Below, one piece after another: positions 12,453 to 27,400 of a DNA stretch of 64,000 bases. The notes beneath the pieces are model-generated. The model did not search any database, had not been told where the DNA came from, and worked only from the letters and a program-made list of their open reading frames with translations. The DNA lies in NCBI GenBank assembly GCA_028534125.1, contig JAPYYK010000409.1:1-64000 (forward strand). Direction: 5' to 3'. How positions within the stretch are numbered: the first letter of the stretch is position 1; every line of letters begins with the position of its first letter. The position numbers and the translations under genes are program-made. The DNA comes from Lama glama (Eukaryota).

Positions 12453-15400
12453 TCAGGGCACCAGGACACGGTAGGGGCTGCCTGGGATGTGCTCATCACC
12501 CCATTTGACCACCAGCGTGTACTCCCCCTTGTCCTTGAGCAGGTAGGAGACACTGTAGAGCCTGCTGCCCACATGCTTCACCAGGATCTCCTCACAGGGC
12601 GTCCGTGGCCCATGTACCCCCACCAGCAGCATGTTGTTGCCTAGGGGTAGGGGAAGGGGCCTCAGTTCCAGGCTCCAAGTCCCCTCCCTTCAGCTGTGAC
12701 TGCACTGATCTCTCCTCCTGTTCTGGAGTCTCCCCTTCCCACCTCACCCATTTTCAGGTGACAGCCCTTTCTGCCGAGCTGCCAGCACCCCCACCCCAAA
12801 CCAATAGGGGAAACTCCAGCTCCTCGAAGGCACTTTCCTGAAGGGTAGAGGAGATGGCAGGGAAGCCCAGGTGGGAAGTTGCTCTAGAAGTGACAGCCAT
12901 GCCCCAAAAGGCATTTGTCCCACCCCCACTTCACCCCTTCCCATGTTCCCAGGCACTGGCCAAGGGCTGGGTCCTGGGTGCCCACCTGCTTTGCTGCAGT
13001 CCACCGTGAAGCTGCTCTTCTGGCCCATGTAGGCCTTGCTTAGCCCCAGACCCTTGGCCAACACCTTGCTGGCATCGGAGGGGCCTGGGCCTGGGGCCCC
13101 ATGCTGGGGGACACCGGCAGTCTTGGACAGGGAGTCTACAAACACTGATGATGTCTCATGGAGGCTGTGGTTGCTGACGAGACGGGGACCTGTAGGGCAG
13201 AGCAGGTGGGTCAGAGGTGGCCAGAGTGCCAGGCATTGAGTTGGGTGGGTGGCAGCAGTCTGGTGCATGGCTCACNNNNNNNNNNNNNNNNNNNNNNNNN
13301 NNNNNNNNNNNNNNNNNNNNNNNNNNNNNNNNNNNNNNNNNNNNNNNNNNNNNNNNNNNNNNNNNNNNNNNNNNNNNNNNNNNNNNNNNNNNNNNNNNNN
13401 NNNNNNNNNNNNNNNNNNNNNNNNNNNNNNNTGGTGACTGATAGGGCACCTGCTCCTGCATTGCTTGTGTTCACAATAAACTCAGCTGGGCTCCCTGGGG
13501 GCACAGGAGGTTAGGCAGAGCTGGTCCAGCCTGTTCCCCACCCCCACCCCCGGCCCAGCGTAGCCTGGTCACCTCCACACGCCTCCTGTTGTCACTGAGA
13601 GCTGGGAGGAGGGGCCCTAACAGCCACGTTCACACACCAGAAGCTGCACCCACTGACCTACCTGTGATGCCGCCTTCCAGGCCAGCTCCATAGGCGGACA
13701 CCAGGCCTGGGTCCCCTCCATGCCCGGGCTCCCCAACTCGAATCTTGAAGGGGCTTCCAGGGATGTGGGTGCCGTTGAACTTGACATCAATCAGGTAGAT
13801 GCCATTTTCCCGTGGGATAAAGCGCACGGCATACTTATCTGAGGAACAGAGGAGCATGCTGTGGGCCCAGGGTCCCTCCTCCAACCGAGCACGTGGCATC
13901 TGAGGAGCTTCCCTTGTCCACCAGAGTGAGTCCAGTAGCTTTAGGTGGCCCACTCAGCTTTTTCTGGGGACCATGCTAGACACCCACACTCCACAGCACA
14001 GGCTTCCTGAAGCCTCAAGGGTGAAGCTGAGCCAGATTCCCAAGGGCTTAGGTAACGAGGGGAAAGGGCTGCCTGGCTGAAGAAGCCAGGCACCTGTGCC
14101 CTGTCCGGGCTGCTTCCAGAGTCTGTGTCTGCCTTTTGTACTCTCAGCCTGCTTCCAGCCAGCGGGACGGGCCCAGGGGCGGCCCACTGCTCCCAGCGGG
14201 GCCAGGGCNNNNNNNNNNNNNNNNNNNNNNNNNNNNNNNNNNNNNNNNNNNNNNNNNNNNNNNNNNNNNNNNNNNNNNNNNNNNNNNNNNNNNNNNNNNN
14301 NNNNNNNNNNNNNNNNNNNNNNNNNNNNNNNNNNNNNNNNNNNNNNNNNNNNNNNNNNNNNNNNNNNNNNNNNNNNNNNNNNNNNNNNNNNNNNNNNNNN
14401 NNNNGGCTGAGGCTGGAGCAAGGGAAGACAGGGTCCCAGAAGCAGAAGGCCCACAGGGTTGCACTTACCCATCTGGCGTCCAACTTGGTTTAAAGAGGGA
14501 GAGCCACCTATTCTCAAGGGGCAGCAAGCTACAGGCGCACACACCCCCACTCCCAAACCCACGCTCCACATTCACACACAGGGGCAGCAGGAAGCAGGGT
14601 GGCCCCGCCCTGCGGGCAGCATGCAGCCCTAGCAGGCTGTCCCTCTTTAAACCTCAGCCCTGGTGCTCAAGGGGCACAGGCTTCTGTTCAAAGCCTTTAG
14701 ACCTGAGACACGAGAAAAACTCCACGTGGCGGTCAGGGGTACTTCCTGCCGACCCCAAGCGTGGGCTGCACCCGGCCAGAGCAGAAGCCCGGCGCCCCGA
14801 GCTGGGCTGGGCGGGTCACTTGACACAGGGCCAAGGCCTGCTCTGTGCGGCGGCTCTGGTCTGGCCGGGCCCAGGAGCCCCAGACGGGCGGTTTCTCTCG
14901 GTGTCTCACCTGAAGACTAGAAACAGTAAGACGGCGGGCGTCACCAGACGGAGAAGCCACAGGCACCACAAAGGGGCTGTCTGGGATGTGCTCCTCGTTG
15001 AACTTGACTGAGACCTCGTAGTCACCTGGGCAGGGAGAGAGAACAGAGGGCATGCTGGGAGGCCCCCACTTGTCAGCATTCAAACCTGCTGTCTCTCCCA
15101 AACAGCCTAAGTGGCCCTGGGACCTCACAGTAAAGGGTGGGAGCTGGGCAGGGATGTCTGCATAGACCCAGACCAATACCCACACCCAGGAACTGCCTCC
15201 CCAGGCCCAGCCAGGGCTTCAGTACCTGGCTCCTGGACCACATAGGCCACACCACAGGAGCCATCCTTGCGGTCCTCAAAGGAGATCTCGGCCTTGCTGG
15301 GGCCCTCAACAGCAATGGCCAGGCCCCCAGCGCCTGCTTCCCTGGTCCAAATGCTGAATTCAGCTGTGGGAAAGTAGTGTGTCCTCATGGAGGGCTGCTG

Positions 15401-18400
15401 TCCTGGCCTCAGCCCTCTCTGAGCATGGCTGAGACCAGCATGGCTGCTGGCTACTTCCTCCCCACCCCCCGACCCTCCCCCAGAAGACCAAGAGCCCCTC
15501 AGGAAGTAGGCCTACCTGGCACTCCAGCTTCAGCCCTCTCCAGGCCAGGGCCCCCGGCACGGACCTTGTGGGCTCCTCCTTCTCCCAGGGGTCCCACGGT
15601 GAACTGGAAAGGGCTCCCAGGCACGTGCTGGCCCTTGTACTTGACGCTGACTGTGTGCATGCCCATCTCAGCAGGCACAAAGCGGATGCAGTAGGTATGG
15701 TTCTCGCCTTCCACAATCTCAGCTTCATGGCTCTTGCCTGATGGGCTGGTCACCTGGGCTGTCATGTCCTGGATGCTAATTTCTGTAGGTGAGGGGTAGC
15801 CTGGTGAGCAGGAGACCCAGGCCCCAGCCCTCTGCTTGGGGCCACCTAGGGCTGGCACCCAGGACTCCCCAGGACCCCTCCCTGGCCCTGCTATAGCTCC
15901 TACCAGGGATCTTCAAGCTGAGGTCACAATGACTGCCAACATTAGCCACCGAAGGAGCCCGTCGCCTGCGTGTGATGCTCTCTTTCACCCGGCCCTCGCC
16001 TGTCACCTTCACGGAGAAGGGGCTGCCTGTAGGAAGAAAACACAGCCCACATCCCACACAGGTTACATTCTGCAGGCAAAGCCCAGAGTATGGCAAGGAG
16101 GGTCGCCCAGCCATGGGGGAGGGTGCGTGGGCACTGCCCTCACCAGGCACGTGCTGGTCGGCAAACTTGATGTTGATAATGTAGTTTCCAGGCTCTGTGG
16201 GGCAGTAGGTAACCCTGCATGTGCCATCTTCCAGGTCCTCTGTGTTGATATCTACCTTGCTGGGACCCTCGATGGACAGGCTAAGTCCACCATAGCCTGC
16301 AGGAGGGATACGCCTGAGTTAGGAGGCCAAAGAGAGTGGTCCCACCCGATTCCAGGCCACCACCGCCCACCTGCATCACGGGTGTCGATGATAAACTCTG
16401 CAGGCTCAAAGGTGTGGCCTTCATGAAGGCCCTGGCCTGAGACCCGCACACGGCTGGCATCCCCAATCTCCGACTGGCTGATCACCACTGGAATGGGGCT
16501 GCTCGCCACATGCTGACCATTCTTCTTCACGTGCACCAGGTGCTCTCCTGTCTCCTTGGGCACGAACGAGATCCCTGGGCACAACATAGGGTGGGGCCAT
16601 CAGCCAGGGAAAGGTTTGCCCACCCCCTGCCAGCCTCCTTCCTTTCCAGAAGGTGCGGCTCCCCAGCCTCTTACCCACGTGGCCATTGCGCAGCCGCTTC
16701 AGCAGACAGGGTTCCTCCCGGCCCGAGGGCGGCACCACCGTGGCTGTCAGCAGGCTGAGGTCCGTCTCCGAGATATTGATGGGGATGTCAGCGGCAGAGC
16801 CCACCTTAAGGTGGGACATGCGCATCGAGTCATCACCTGGCGGGGGACAGTCACTGTGTGTCCAGGCACAGAGGGAGACTGCGCCTACCCTGCCACCTGC
16901 CTCGTTCTGTCATTGCTCCAGGTACCACCTACCTGTGACCCTGGCAGTGAAGGGGCTTCCTGGGATGTGCTGCTCATTGTACTTGACCAGGATGCTGTAG
17001 TCACCAGGCAGCACAGGCAGGTAGGAGACGCTGCACGTCCCGTCCTGGTTGTCAGTACAGCTGATTTCTGCTTTGGATGGGCCCTCAATGGCCAGGGACA
17101 AGCCCCCTGGAGAGAGTTGTGGGTGAGGGTGGGAACTGTGACCAGAGACACTGCACCAATGAGAAGCCCCAACAGGCAAGGAGAGGCCCAGGTGGCAGGG
17201 TGGGGAATGCCCTTTGGGGAGTGTCTCCAGCATACAGTTCTCTATTAGATGATGGCATCTCACAACACACAGGCAGGTTAAGACTAGAGCCAACGCTCAC
17301 CCTCTCCTGCATCCTTGGTGTTGACCGTGAAAACAGCAGGCTTGTTCACCACCCCATGGGTAAGGCCAGGCCCGTAGGCTGTGACGTGGCCACAGTTGAC
17401 ATAATCCACGTAGAACTGTAGGGGGCTTCCTAAGGCAGGAAGGGGGCTATGTGGAATGGGGGCCTTGGGTTGTCCCCAAGTCCTTCCCCCAGCCCCAGGC
17501 CCCTGTGAGGTGGTGACGGCTGGCTGCGTGACGCACCTGGGATGTGCATGTTATCGTAGCGGATATCCATCTCATGCAGGCCAGCCTCGCTGGGCGCGTA
17601 GCGCACGGTCACAGTGCCATCTTTGTTGTCGGTGATAGCCGGCTGCGCCACTTTGCCCGAAGGCATCCGTACCTCCCCTGCAGGGCAGTGGGGTTGGGGT
17701 CAGGGCAGCCCGTCGGCACACCCTGGCCTCCCTAGAGCTCCTTCCCGCCCTGCTCACCGGTGATCTCGCCCTTCTTGATGGTGAAGGGGATGACAAGGTC
17801 GAAGGGCCTCAGGCTGGTCACATCCAGCCCATTGACACCCACCAAGGGTCTTTCTGGAGCCTGCAGTGGACACAAAGGGCCTGGGTCGGGAGCTGTTGAA
17901 GGGAGGGGAGTCCCAAGTGGGAGGATATGGGGTCCCTCCACAAAGGCAGCAGAACAGGGCCACACGGGACACCCAGCTGGCCAGTCCCCAAGTGTCCCCT
18001 AGGGCTAGGTAAGCTAGGAAGAGGTGGGCCAGGCCATACCCAGGTCTGTTGGCCACCCTGGGCATAGGTGTATGGTGGGGCCAGCTGCTGAGGCCGCAGT
18101 GGGGTCTGTGCCATGGGCTGATCTCCGGCCAGAGCCTGCAGAGCAACGTACAAGAGCTAGAGACCCTGGTCACACATGAGCCCCAGGGCAGGGGGCAGGC
18201 CAGGCCCTGCCCAGACCCCTCACCCCTGGCCCCTCCTGACCGTCACTTGGAAGGGGCTGTTTGGCACGTGTTCGCCGCCAAAGCGCACACAGATGACATA
18301 TTTGCCAGGCTGGGGAGCCGTATAGAAGATGTCGAAGGTGCCGTCCTCATTCTCTACCACATCCACGTCCACCTCAGAGCCGTCAGGTGTGCACACGGTG

Positions 18401-21400
18401 CAGGTCACCTTGCCTTTGCCCGCCGCCTTGGTGTCCACGGTGATCACTGTCTCCTCTCCAATCTGGATGGTGGGGCCGATGCCAGCACCTGGTGGGGCAG
18501 GGTGGGTCCCCAAAGTGGGGGCCAGTGCATGAGCTTGGTGCTCGGGCTGCTCCTGTCCACTTGCCACCCGCCCAGGCCTCTTACTGCCACCAAGCATAGC
18601 CAGGCCTCCTGCCCCCACCCCCCCCAAGCTGGGATGGTGAGTAATTTCTCAGAAGGCAGGAAAGGTTCCCCTGAGCCACCTCAAGCCAGGCAGTGCTATC
18701 TTGGGGAAATCCCCTATGTGGGGAAGGCCTGACGGATGGAACTCAGGTGTCTTGAGAGGAAGGAAGGGCCTGGAGGGCCACATGCTGTCAGGGCACCAGC
18801 ATTGGCCGCCACCTCCCCTGCCAACTTGGCCTCAGCTGGCGCCATGGACCACACTGACCAATGCCAGTGCTCCAGCTGGCCCACAGCTGCCTTCGCCCCT
18901 GCGGCCTGGCCCCCAGTGCTGTGTGCAGACGCAGTGAGGCGGAGTCCTGCTGCAGCGTGGGGGAATGTGACACTCGCCTCCCGCCCCACCCCGGCCTGAA
19001 GGTGAAATTGGAGTTTCCTGACAACTGAGAACTCTCGCTTGGAGGCTTGCAGAAAGGGACGGCTGGGCATGGCCCGTTGCAGGCAGGATCTGGGAGCAGG
19101 GAAGCAGGTAGGCAGCAGGGTTAGCACCCAGGCAGCACAGCGCAGCAGGCAGTGGCAGCGGCAGCACCCAGGGGGAAGGGGACAGGACGCCCAAGCCAGA
19201 GCCACGGCTGCTAGGTTGCAAGAGCGGAGCAGCTGAGCAGCCTCCAGGGCCCCAGAGTGCCCGAGGAAAGTGGGGGACAGTGACGTTATGATCTTGGCTC
19301 AGCCGTGGAGGCTTGGGGGGCTGTGGGCTGTGAGGCCTGGCAGCGAAAGTGCTTTCTGTAGCCCAGCCTCTGCTAGGGAAGCAGCTGGGAGCACCGAAAC
19401 CAACTCAGGGGCTAAGTTCAAGGACCCCCCAACCCCCAGCCAGCCTGCCGCTGAGCTCTCATCTCTGCCAAGGGCTCTCACTCTGCTGAGCTCCATGCTG
19501 GCCTTCCACAGCTCTCCTGAGCTCTAGACCTGGCCCATTACTGCCCACCCTGCCCGGGGAGGCCTCACCTCACATGCAGCCACACCTTTTCTCCCTGCTT
19601 GGAACGTGGACCCACGGTCTAGCTAGTGGCTCAGGCTTCTGGCCTCACAGTTAGCCTGGACTCCCCACTTCCCCTGCCCAGCGCCCAGCCCATCAGCATG
19701 TCTCAGCTGCTCTATCCTCAAAGTACACCCCCCAATTTGGTTCCCCTCTCAAGTCCCCCATCACTGGCCTAGACCAAGCTACCCCTCCAACTGGTCCAAA
19801 AGTGACTTCAGCTCCCCAGCTGGGCTCTCTGCCTCCATTCTGCACACAGTGGCCAGGTAAACTGAGACCACTCTGTCAGCTAAGTCTTGACCCTGCCCAT
19901 GGTCCCCAAGGCCCTGTCCCGCTGCCCTAGGCACACATGCCTGTCATCTCAAATCCGAGGCCCACTCTAGAGTCCCTCAACCCCTGCCACGAAACCCCAG
20001 CCACCCTCTAACTTTATCCCTGGCCGCCTCGCCCAAGCTCCAGGCCTGCAGCCTTCCGAGGCTCCCATGTAGTTACTGCCTCTCATAGGTGCCCTTGGCC
20101 TGGGCTGGCTCTCCCCTCCCATGCCTGAGCAGGAGGATCTCCATGCCTAGTTGGGGACCATCTGAATAACGTCACTGCTGAGGGAGTAGGGGGAGGGAAG
20201 GATGTGGAGAGGGTGGGTGGGCCACCGAGTGCACTTTGGGGCTCTGAGGCTGGGCCGGGCCCCGCCATGCTGGCCGCCCAAGCAGTCGACGCCGGTGCTG
20301 CCGCACTACTAGCCAGCCCCGCCCACTCATGCAGTCTGCGCCTCCCCCGGCCCGGGACGCAGAGGCCTCTGGGAGGTAGGGGTGGGGGTCTGTGGATCTG
20401 GCCAGGGCCGGGGACTCCCGTGGCTTGAGGGAGACCCCATGTGAGAGCCCTTAACACAGAAGGAGGAAGTGAAAAGAAAGGGTTTGCTGCCCACCCCTGG
20501 GACTTCCCGGGGGTGCCCAGATCCCCAGACCCCAGAGCCCCCAGTGGGGTGCCTCTCAGGATGCACCACACCCCAAAGCTCTCAGCTGCAACCCGACTTC
20601 TCAGATGGGGAAACGGAGGCCCAGAGAAGGGGAGGGCTGGAGTGCTCATGCTCAGCTCCGGAGGCCTCCCTGGGCCCTAACCCTCCAGTTCCCCCCTCTG
20701 TCCCTGCCAAGAGCTGCAGCTGGAACTGTCCTGGGAATCAGCACGGAAGAGGANNNNNNNNNNNNNNNNNNNNNNNNNNNNNNNNNNNNNNNNNNNNNNN
20801 NNNNNNNNNNNNNNNNNNNNNNNNNNNNNNNNNNNNNNNNNNNNNNNNNNNNNNNNNNNNNNNNNNNNNNNNNNNNNNNNNNNNNNNNNNNNNNNNNNNN
20901 NNNNNNNNNNNNNNNNNNNNNNNNNNNNNNNNNNNNNNNNNNNNNNNNNNNNNNNNNCTGAGTGCCGTGGCCGCTGGCGGGCAGGCTCACCTGTGACGGT
21001 GCACTTGCTGGCATCCCCAGTGGGCACAGCCCGGACGCGGTATGGGGAGAAGGGGATCTCATCGCCACCATACTTGATGAGGATGGTGTAGCGGCCCGTC
21101 ACGTCTGGCACGTAGGCCACCGTGTACGTGCCGTCATGGTTGTCTTGGATGTGCGTCTTCTTGGGCTTGCCCTCGGGGTCCTGTGTGGCAGAGCCCAGGG
21201 GAGGCAGTTGGCCCAAGCTCAGTCAGGCCCGGGATTACCTCAGGCCCTCTCAAAGCATCAAGGGTCAAGCACTGCTACTGCAAGGACACCTGCGAGCCAC
21301 TCAACCACCTTGGCCCAAAACGGCTGCCTGCATCCTACACTGTCCCTTACTCCCCCATGGGCAGGGCCCAGAAGAAAAGCCCTCAAATGCCCAGTGCTCC

Positions 21401-24400
21401 CCCATGTGACAACAGGCAAGGCCAGAAAACTTGGCACCCATTCTCCTTTATCCCCATGAGCACCTCTCAGCTCCCACCTTCCACCCCAGGGTCTGCCAAG
21501 CATTAGGAGGAACTCCCCCAGAAGGTCTCACCAGCCTAGCCTCATACCTGGCCCGAGAGAATGTTCCAGGTGGGCAAGTTGAGGCACTAGAAGGGCTTCA
21601 GTACCATAACGAGCTCAGTTAGAAGTGAGCAAGTGCGTGCGTGGGGAAGCCCCTGTCTGTCATTACCATCCCAGAGGCAGGGGACCTGCCCCTGTACAAA
21701 GCTCCCAAGGGAGATCAGAGAGAGCCGGACTGGGCCATCTGCCCCAGGCTGCATGCCCCACACCACCCACCACTCCAGCCTGGGCCCTTCCCCTTCCTCG
21801 CCTTCCATGTGGCCGGAGCTGCAAAACAGCAAGGCCAGGTGGCCACCCATGTGGTCAGCTCACCGTGATCTGGACAGCCAGCAGACCCTCCCCTGCATCC
21901 TTCGCATCAATGGTGAACTCCACAGGCAGGCTGGCAGGCACACCAGTGGTGTTGAGCCCAGGGCCACTGGCCTTTACCTTGCTGGCATCATGCGTAGGCA
22001 GCACCTTGACCTTGAAGGGGCTGTTGGGCCGGGATGTTAAAAGTGGTCAGAAAGAATTTTGGCACCCAGCCGGGGGCCCCTCCCCACAGGCAGTGGGCCC
22101 TGACTCTTACCTTCGGGGAACCTCTTCTTCCCCATACAGCACAGAGATGCTGTAGGGCCCCTCACGGCTGGGCACATAGTTGACAGTCTGGGTACCATCA
22201 GCATTGTCCACGACATCCACTGGCTCCACCAGGCCTGGCCCCAGTCCCAGAGACAGAGCCTCAGCTAGTCCTGGGCCTCCAGGCCCACGACACTAGAAGC
22301 TGAACCTTGGCTGTGTACCCAGCCTCCAACCCAGGTCTAGACCTCAGTTTCCCTCACTGGCCCGTCCCCAGGAATGGCCCTGAGCCCGAGTGCCACCTCA
22401 GACCCCTGCTCTCCCTCCCTCCTGCCACATCTGCTCAGTGGCCACGTCCTGTCTGTTCTACCTCCTTTCAGTCCCCTGACCCTAGGCACTGGCGGCAGTG
22501 TCCCCTGAGGCTTCTCCATCAACTGCCAGCACACTAGCCCCACCCTCTGTGTGCCGAGCCTCCGGTCTCCTTCCCTGGCCCCTCAAAGACGACCATGCCC
22601 TCCTGACCTGACTCCTGCTCCCAGGCATGTGAACACACCTTTAGGCCCCTGCACTTTGACCTGCAGTGGGGCCACACCGGCCTTGCTCGTGTCCACCTGG
22701 AAGGACTGAGGGAGGTTGGCGCGGACCATGCCTGGGCTCAGGCCAGGCCCAGAGCACTTGACCTTGGATGCATCTGTCACATCATGCACAGGGACCTTGA
22801 AAGGACTGCCTGGGTAGGGGGACGGGAAGGATGGCAACCATATGAGACACAGTGGACGGTGGGCAGGTGGTCCCAGCCCAGCCCCAGCTGGCCCACCTCC
22901 TCACCTGGCACCTGGTGGCCACCATAGGTGACATTAAGGCTGTAGGTGCCGGCCTCGTAGGGGATGTACTCGACTGAGCAGCTGCCATCCTTATTGTCCA
23001 TGCAAGACATCTTGGCCTCGGAGGGGCCCTCTACAGCCAGACCCAGGCCCCCCGTGCCAGCTCCCCTAGGCCAAACAGATCGCTGTTACTCCCCGGGGTT
23101 CCAAGGCCCACGGCAGCCTCTGCCCCTTGGGCTCTCACTCACCTGGTCTCCACGGTGAACTTGTTGGGCTTGTTGGTGGTGCCACTCTGGATGCCTGGCC
23201 CATGGACACGCACTCGGGATGGGTCGCAGCCCTCAGTCACAGGCACCTGGAAGGGACTGCTGGGCACAGGGCTGCCGTCATAGGTCACATCCACAGAGTG
23301 GAGTCCTGGAGGAGGGCGGGCTGGGTCAGGAGGAGCCTGGGCCACCCTACCCCTGCCCCTCAGCCCTCAGGTGCCCCAGCACGCACCCTCCTCATAAGGC
23401 GTGTACTCCACTTTGTAGGTGCCATCACCACAGTCCTGCACATAGGTCTCGGTCAGGTGGCCTGAGGGGTTGGCCACACGAGCCTTAACGTGCGGCCCTC
23501 CAGTCTGCGTCAGAGTCCGGGCATCCACGCTGAACTCAGTGGTGGCTTCTCGGAAGACGCCTGCAGAGAGGCATGGAGAGGAAGTGCGGGGCTCCAGGGG
23601 CCCGGGCTCCCCTGGGCTCCCTGCCCCACGCCACGGCCCCTCACCTTGGCCCTCGATTCCAGGCCCGTAGCACTGGACACCCGAGGTGTCCACCGCAGGC
23701 TCCACCTGCAGCTTGCTGGGGAAGTTGGGCACGGGCTGGCCACCGTACTTGATGGTGACGGTGTAGGCCCCGGGGCAAAGGGGGATGTAGGTGATGGTGT
23801 GTGTGCCGTCGCCGTGGTCCTGGATGTGCACCTCAGCCGGCAGCCCGGCCTCGGAGCGGATCTCAATGGTCAGCTCTGCGCTGCCTGCACTTGAACAGTC
23901 CACGTGAAACTGGCCTGCCTCACCGGCGGTGGCCCGCTCCAGCCCAGGGCCCGAACACTTGACCTTGGAAGCATCAAAGCAGGGAACCACATGGGCCTTG
24001 AACGGGGAGCCAGGGATGTGAGTGTCAGCGAAGAGGATGTTGATGTTGTAGTCCCCAGGCTCAGTAGGCACATAGGACACAGAGCATGTGCCATCCCCGT
24101 TGTCCAGGCACTCAAGCTGGGCCTCGCAGGGGCCCTCCACCGTCAGGCCCAGGCCGCCCATGCCGGCACCCTTGGTGTCGATGGTGAAGCGGGCAGGGGA
24201 GCCTGCACTGCCCCCCTGTAGCCCCGGCCCAAAGGCTTTCACCTGAGGGAGGAGGGGCAAGTCAGGAGAACCTCCCTGACCCTTGACCCTAAGACCCCCA
24301 GCCTGACCTTCCATCTACCTCCTCTTGTCCCAGCTTCCCTCCCCAACCAGGCAGGGGCACAGGCAGGCCAGAGCAGGGCCATTGCTCAAAAGGACAAAAG

Positions 24401-27400
24401 CGAGAAAGGGTGAGGGTAAGTCTAGAGAAGATGAGGTGGCCCCCCAAAACCCAATTACCTTGCTAGGTTTGGTGGGGGGCACAGCTTCCAGAGGAAAGGG
24501 GCTGCCGGGCACAGGGACACCGTCGTAGGTCACCTCTACCTCATAGGGCCCCTCCTCACGGGGCACAAAACGCACCACACTGTTGTCAGCCCCCAGGCCT
24601 GGCTCCACCTTGCAGGGTACTGCTGCCCCAGAGGGGCCCACGATCTTGGAGGCCACTTTGCCTTGGCCACCAGCACCCTTCGTCTTAACTGTGAACTCCT
24701 GGTCTTTGCCAACATCCACCTCTGTTGAGATGATGAAAAGAGGGAGAGAACCGTGCCGCCCTACCCAGGCAGCCCCAGGGCATGTTCTCAGTGACTGTGA
24801 CCAGGAACACAACTACTTACTCTCTCCCAGGCCGGACACCTTGATCTTGCTCAGGTCCAGGCTTGGAGACACCGCCACTGAGAAGGGGCTCTTGGGGATA
24901 GGGTCCCCTCCATAAGTGAGATTGATGCCCACTGGGCCCTGGGAGGGGTACAGAAGGCAGAGTCATGGGTCATGATTTTGGTCTCCCTGGCCCATGGCTT
25001 CCGAAATTGGGCATGGGGAGGGGACATCAGAGAAACACTGGCTTTGCTCTCCCACTGCCCCCCAGACTCCCATGCCCACTCCCTCCCAGGTAGGAAACAA
25101 GAGTGTGTGGGAAGGCCCCTAGAGCTGCCCACCAAGCCCACCAAGCGAGGAGGCCCAAAGGCTCAGCAGGTGTGGTGGAAGGTGCAGCGACAGGGGGCCG
25201 GGTGGCTACCTGCTGCACGGGAGTGTACTTGACAGTGTAGGTATTGTCATGATGGTCAATGATGTCCACATCACGCACCGCGTCCCCCTTGGCCAGCCCG
25301 GAGAACTGGACATCCAGCTTGCCTTTGCCAGCAGCTTTGGCATTGACCGTGAAGTGGGTAGGTTTGCCAAGCTCAACACCTGAGGAGACACAGTGAGAGA
25401 CCCTGTAGGGGTACCTTGGGTCTTGCCCCGCGACCTCCCCACACGGTACTCGTCCTCACCAGTGCGACTGAGACCAGGGCCCTCGGCCTTCACCTTGCTG
25501 GCATCATGGGAGGGCTCCACCTTGACACGGATGGGGCTGGTGGGCGTGGCCTGCAGTGGGTGGAAGGGGAAAGACTGAGAGGGGAGCAGCACCCCAACAC
25601 CCAGCAGAGTGAGGGACCGGGAGCAGCAGCACCCACCTGGTCAGCAAAGAGGACCATGATGGTGTAGCTGCCAGCCCCACGGGGTGTATACTTGACTGTG
25701 AAAGTGTCATTGTCATTGCGGATGATGTCAAAGTCAATATCGGCCTCGGTGGGGCCCACTACGCCAGGGGCGCACTTGATGCCAATGCTGACGTCGCCTG
25801 TAGTGGGGGAGGGGGTGGAGGCTGGGACTCACAGAGATGCCTTGCCCACTCGCCTACCCACTCTTGAGGCGGGGCCTTACCCTGGCCGGCCTCCGTGCAG
25901 TCCACAGTGAAGTAGGTGGGCTCGTGAGCCTTGAGCCCCGTCTTGGCCACTCCTGGACCGTACACCTTGACCTTGTTTGGGTGGCTGCCTGCTCCCACGT
26001 TCACCTGCAGGGCGTGGGGCAAGCGCAGGGGCATGACCAGCCTGCAGGAGCCACTGGGGCTTTTTCACCCACCATCAGGAGGCAAGCAAAATGGTGCAAC
26101 CACCTCAGGAAGTCATCTGGTGGTTCCTCAAACGATTACACATAAAGTGAGTACATACTGCTGCAATTCCACTCAGATGTGAAATCTGTCCACCCAGAAA
26201 AACAAGATCACTCATCCACACAAACACTTGTACTTGAACGTTCACAGCGGCACTGTTCACAACAGCCAAAAGGTGAGAAAATCCCAAATGTCCATCAACA
26301 AATGACCAGATAAGTAAAACATGGTCTCTCCATACAACGGAGTGCTAGTCAGCCATAAAAAGGCAGAAGCACAAAAGGGGATGCTGAGTGAAAGCAGCCA
26401 GGAACAGAAGGCCACCTCCTATAGGAAAGCAGATGAGGGGTTGCTGAGGGCTGGGCGGGGGTGAGGGGTGAGGTGCTAGCGGGTGGAGGAGTTTCTCTTA
26501 GGAATGGCGAAAACGTCTTCCTCTTTGATGTGGTGATGGCTGCGCAACTCTGAACTTACTCAAAACTACCGAGGTGTACATTCAAGAGGGGTCAGCTGTA
26601 GGCTATTCAAGTTTTATCGAACAGAGCTGGATGAGAACAAAGCAGGCACCCTAGGGAAGCAGGCTCCAGGCCAGTTCGAGGCCCACAGAGGGCAGGCTCA
26701 CCCGGAAGGGGCTGTTGGGGATGCTGACGCCGCCCCAAGACACCATGGCCGTGTGCTTCACAGGCTTCCGGGGCACATAAGAGCAGCTGTAAGTGCCATT
26801 GCCGTGGTCCTTGACTGATGCCTCCACAGGGCAGCCCTCATTGTCCTGGAAGGCAGGCGTAGTAGGTGGCCTCCTAGTCAGTACCCAGGCCTGGGCACCT
26901 GCCCACCCCACCCCCATGAGTGGGCACCTGACCTGCACTTGGACCCTGAGAGGAGCCTTCCCACCGTGCTTGGCATCCACCGTGAACTCCGCCGGCTTGT
27001 TGACAGCCACACCTGTCTTCTCCAATCCGGGCCCACGTGCCTTCACCTAATGGGAGGCCACCCAGATCTCAGGAGACCAAGTGCAGGCCCCCGTAGACAG
27101 AGTGGCAGGAGCACACCACCGGGGATACCAGCCCAGGCTTCCTGCCCCCAGCCCAGCCCCTACGCAGAGGTAGAAGGAGGTCAGAGACCTGGGCCAGCGG
27201 CACATGCCCTTTACCCTGTCTGGATGGAAATCCTGGGGGGCTTCGCGGATGTCTGCCATGAAGGGGCTCAGGCGGATATCTTCACTGTTGCACAGCACGT
27301 GCACAGCATACTCGCCAGCCTCCTGGGGCCAGTAGCGCACGTCACAGGAGCCATCGCCCTTGTCATCACATTCGATCTTGGCCTGTGATGGGCCCTCCAC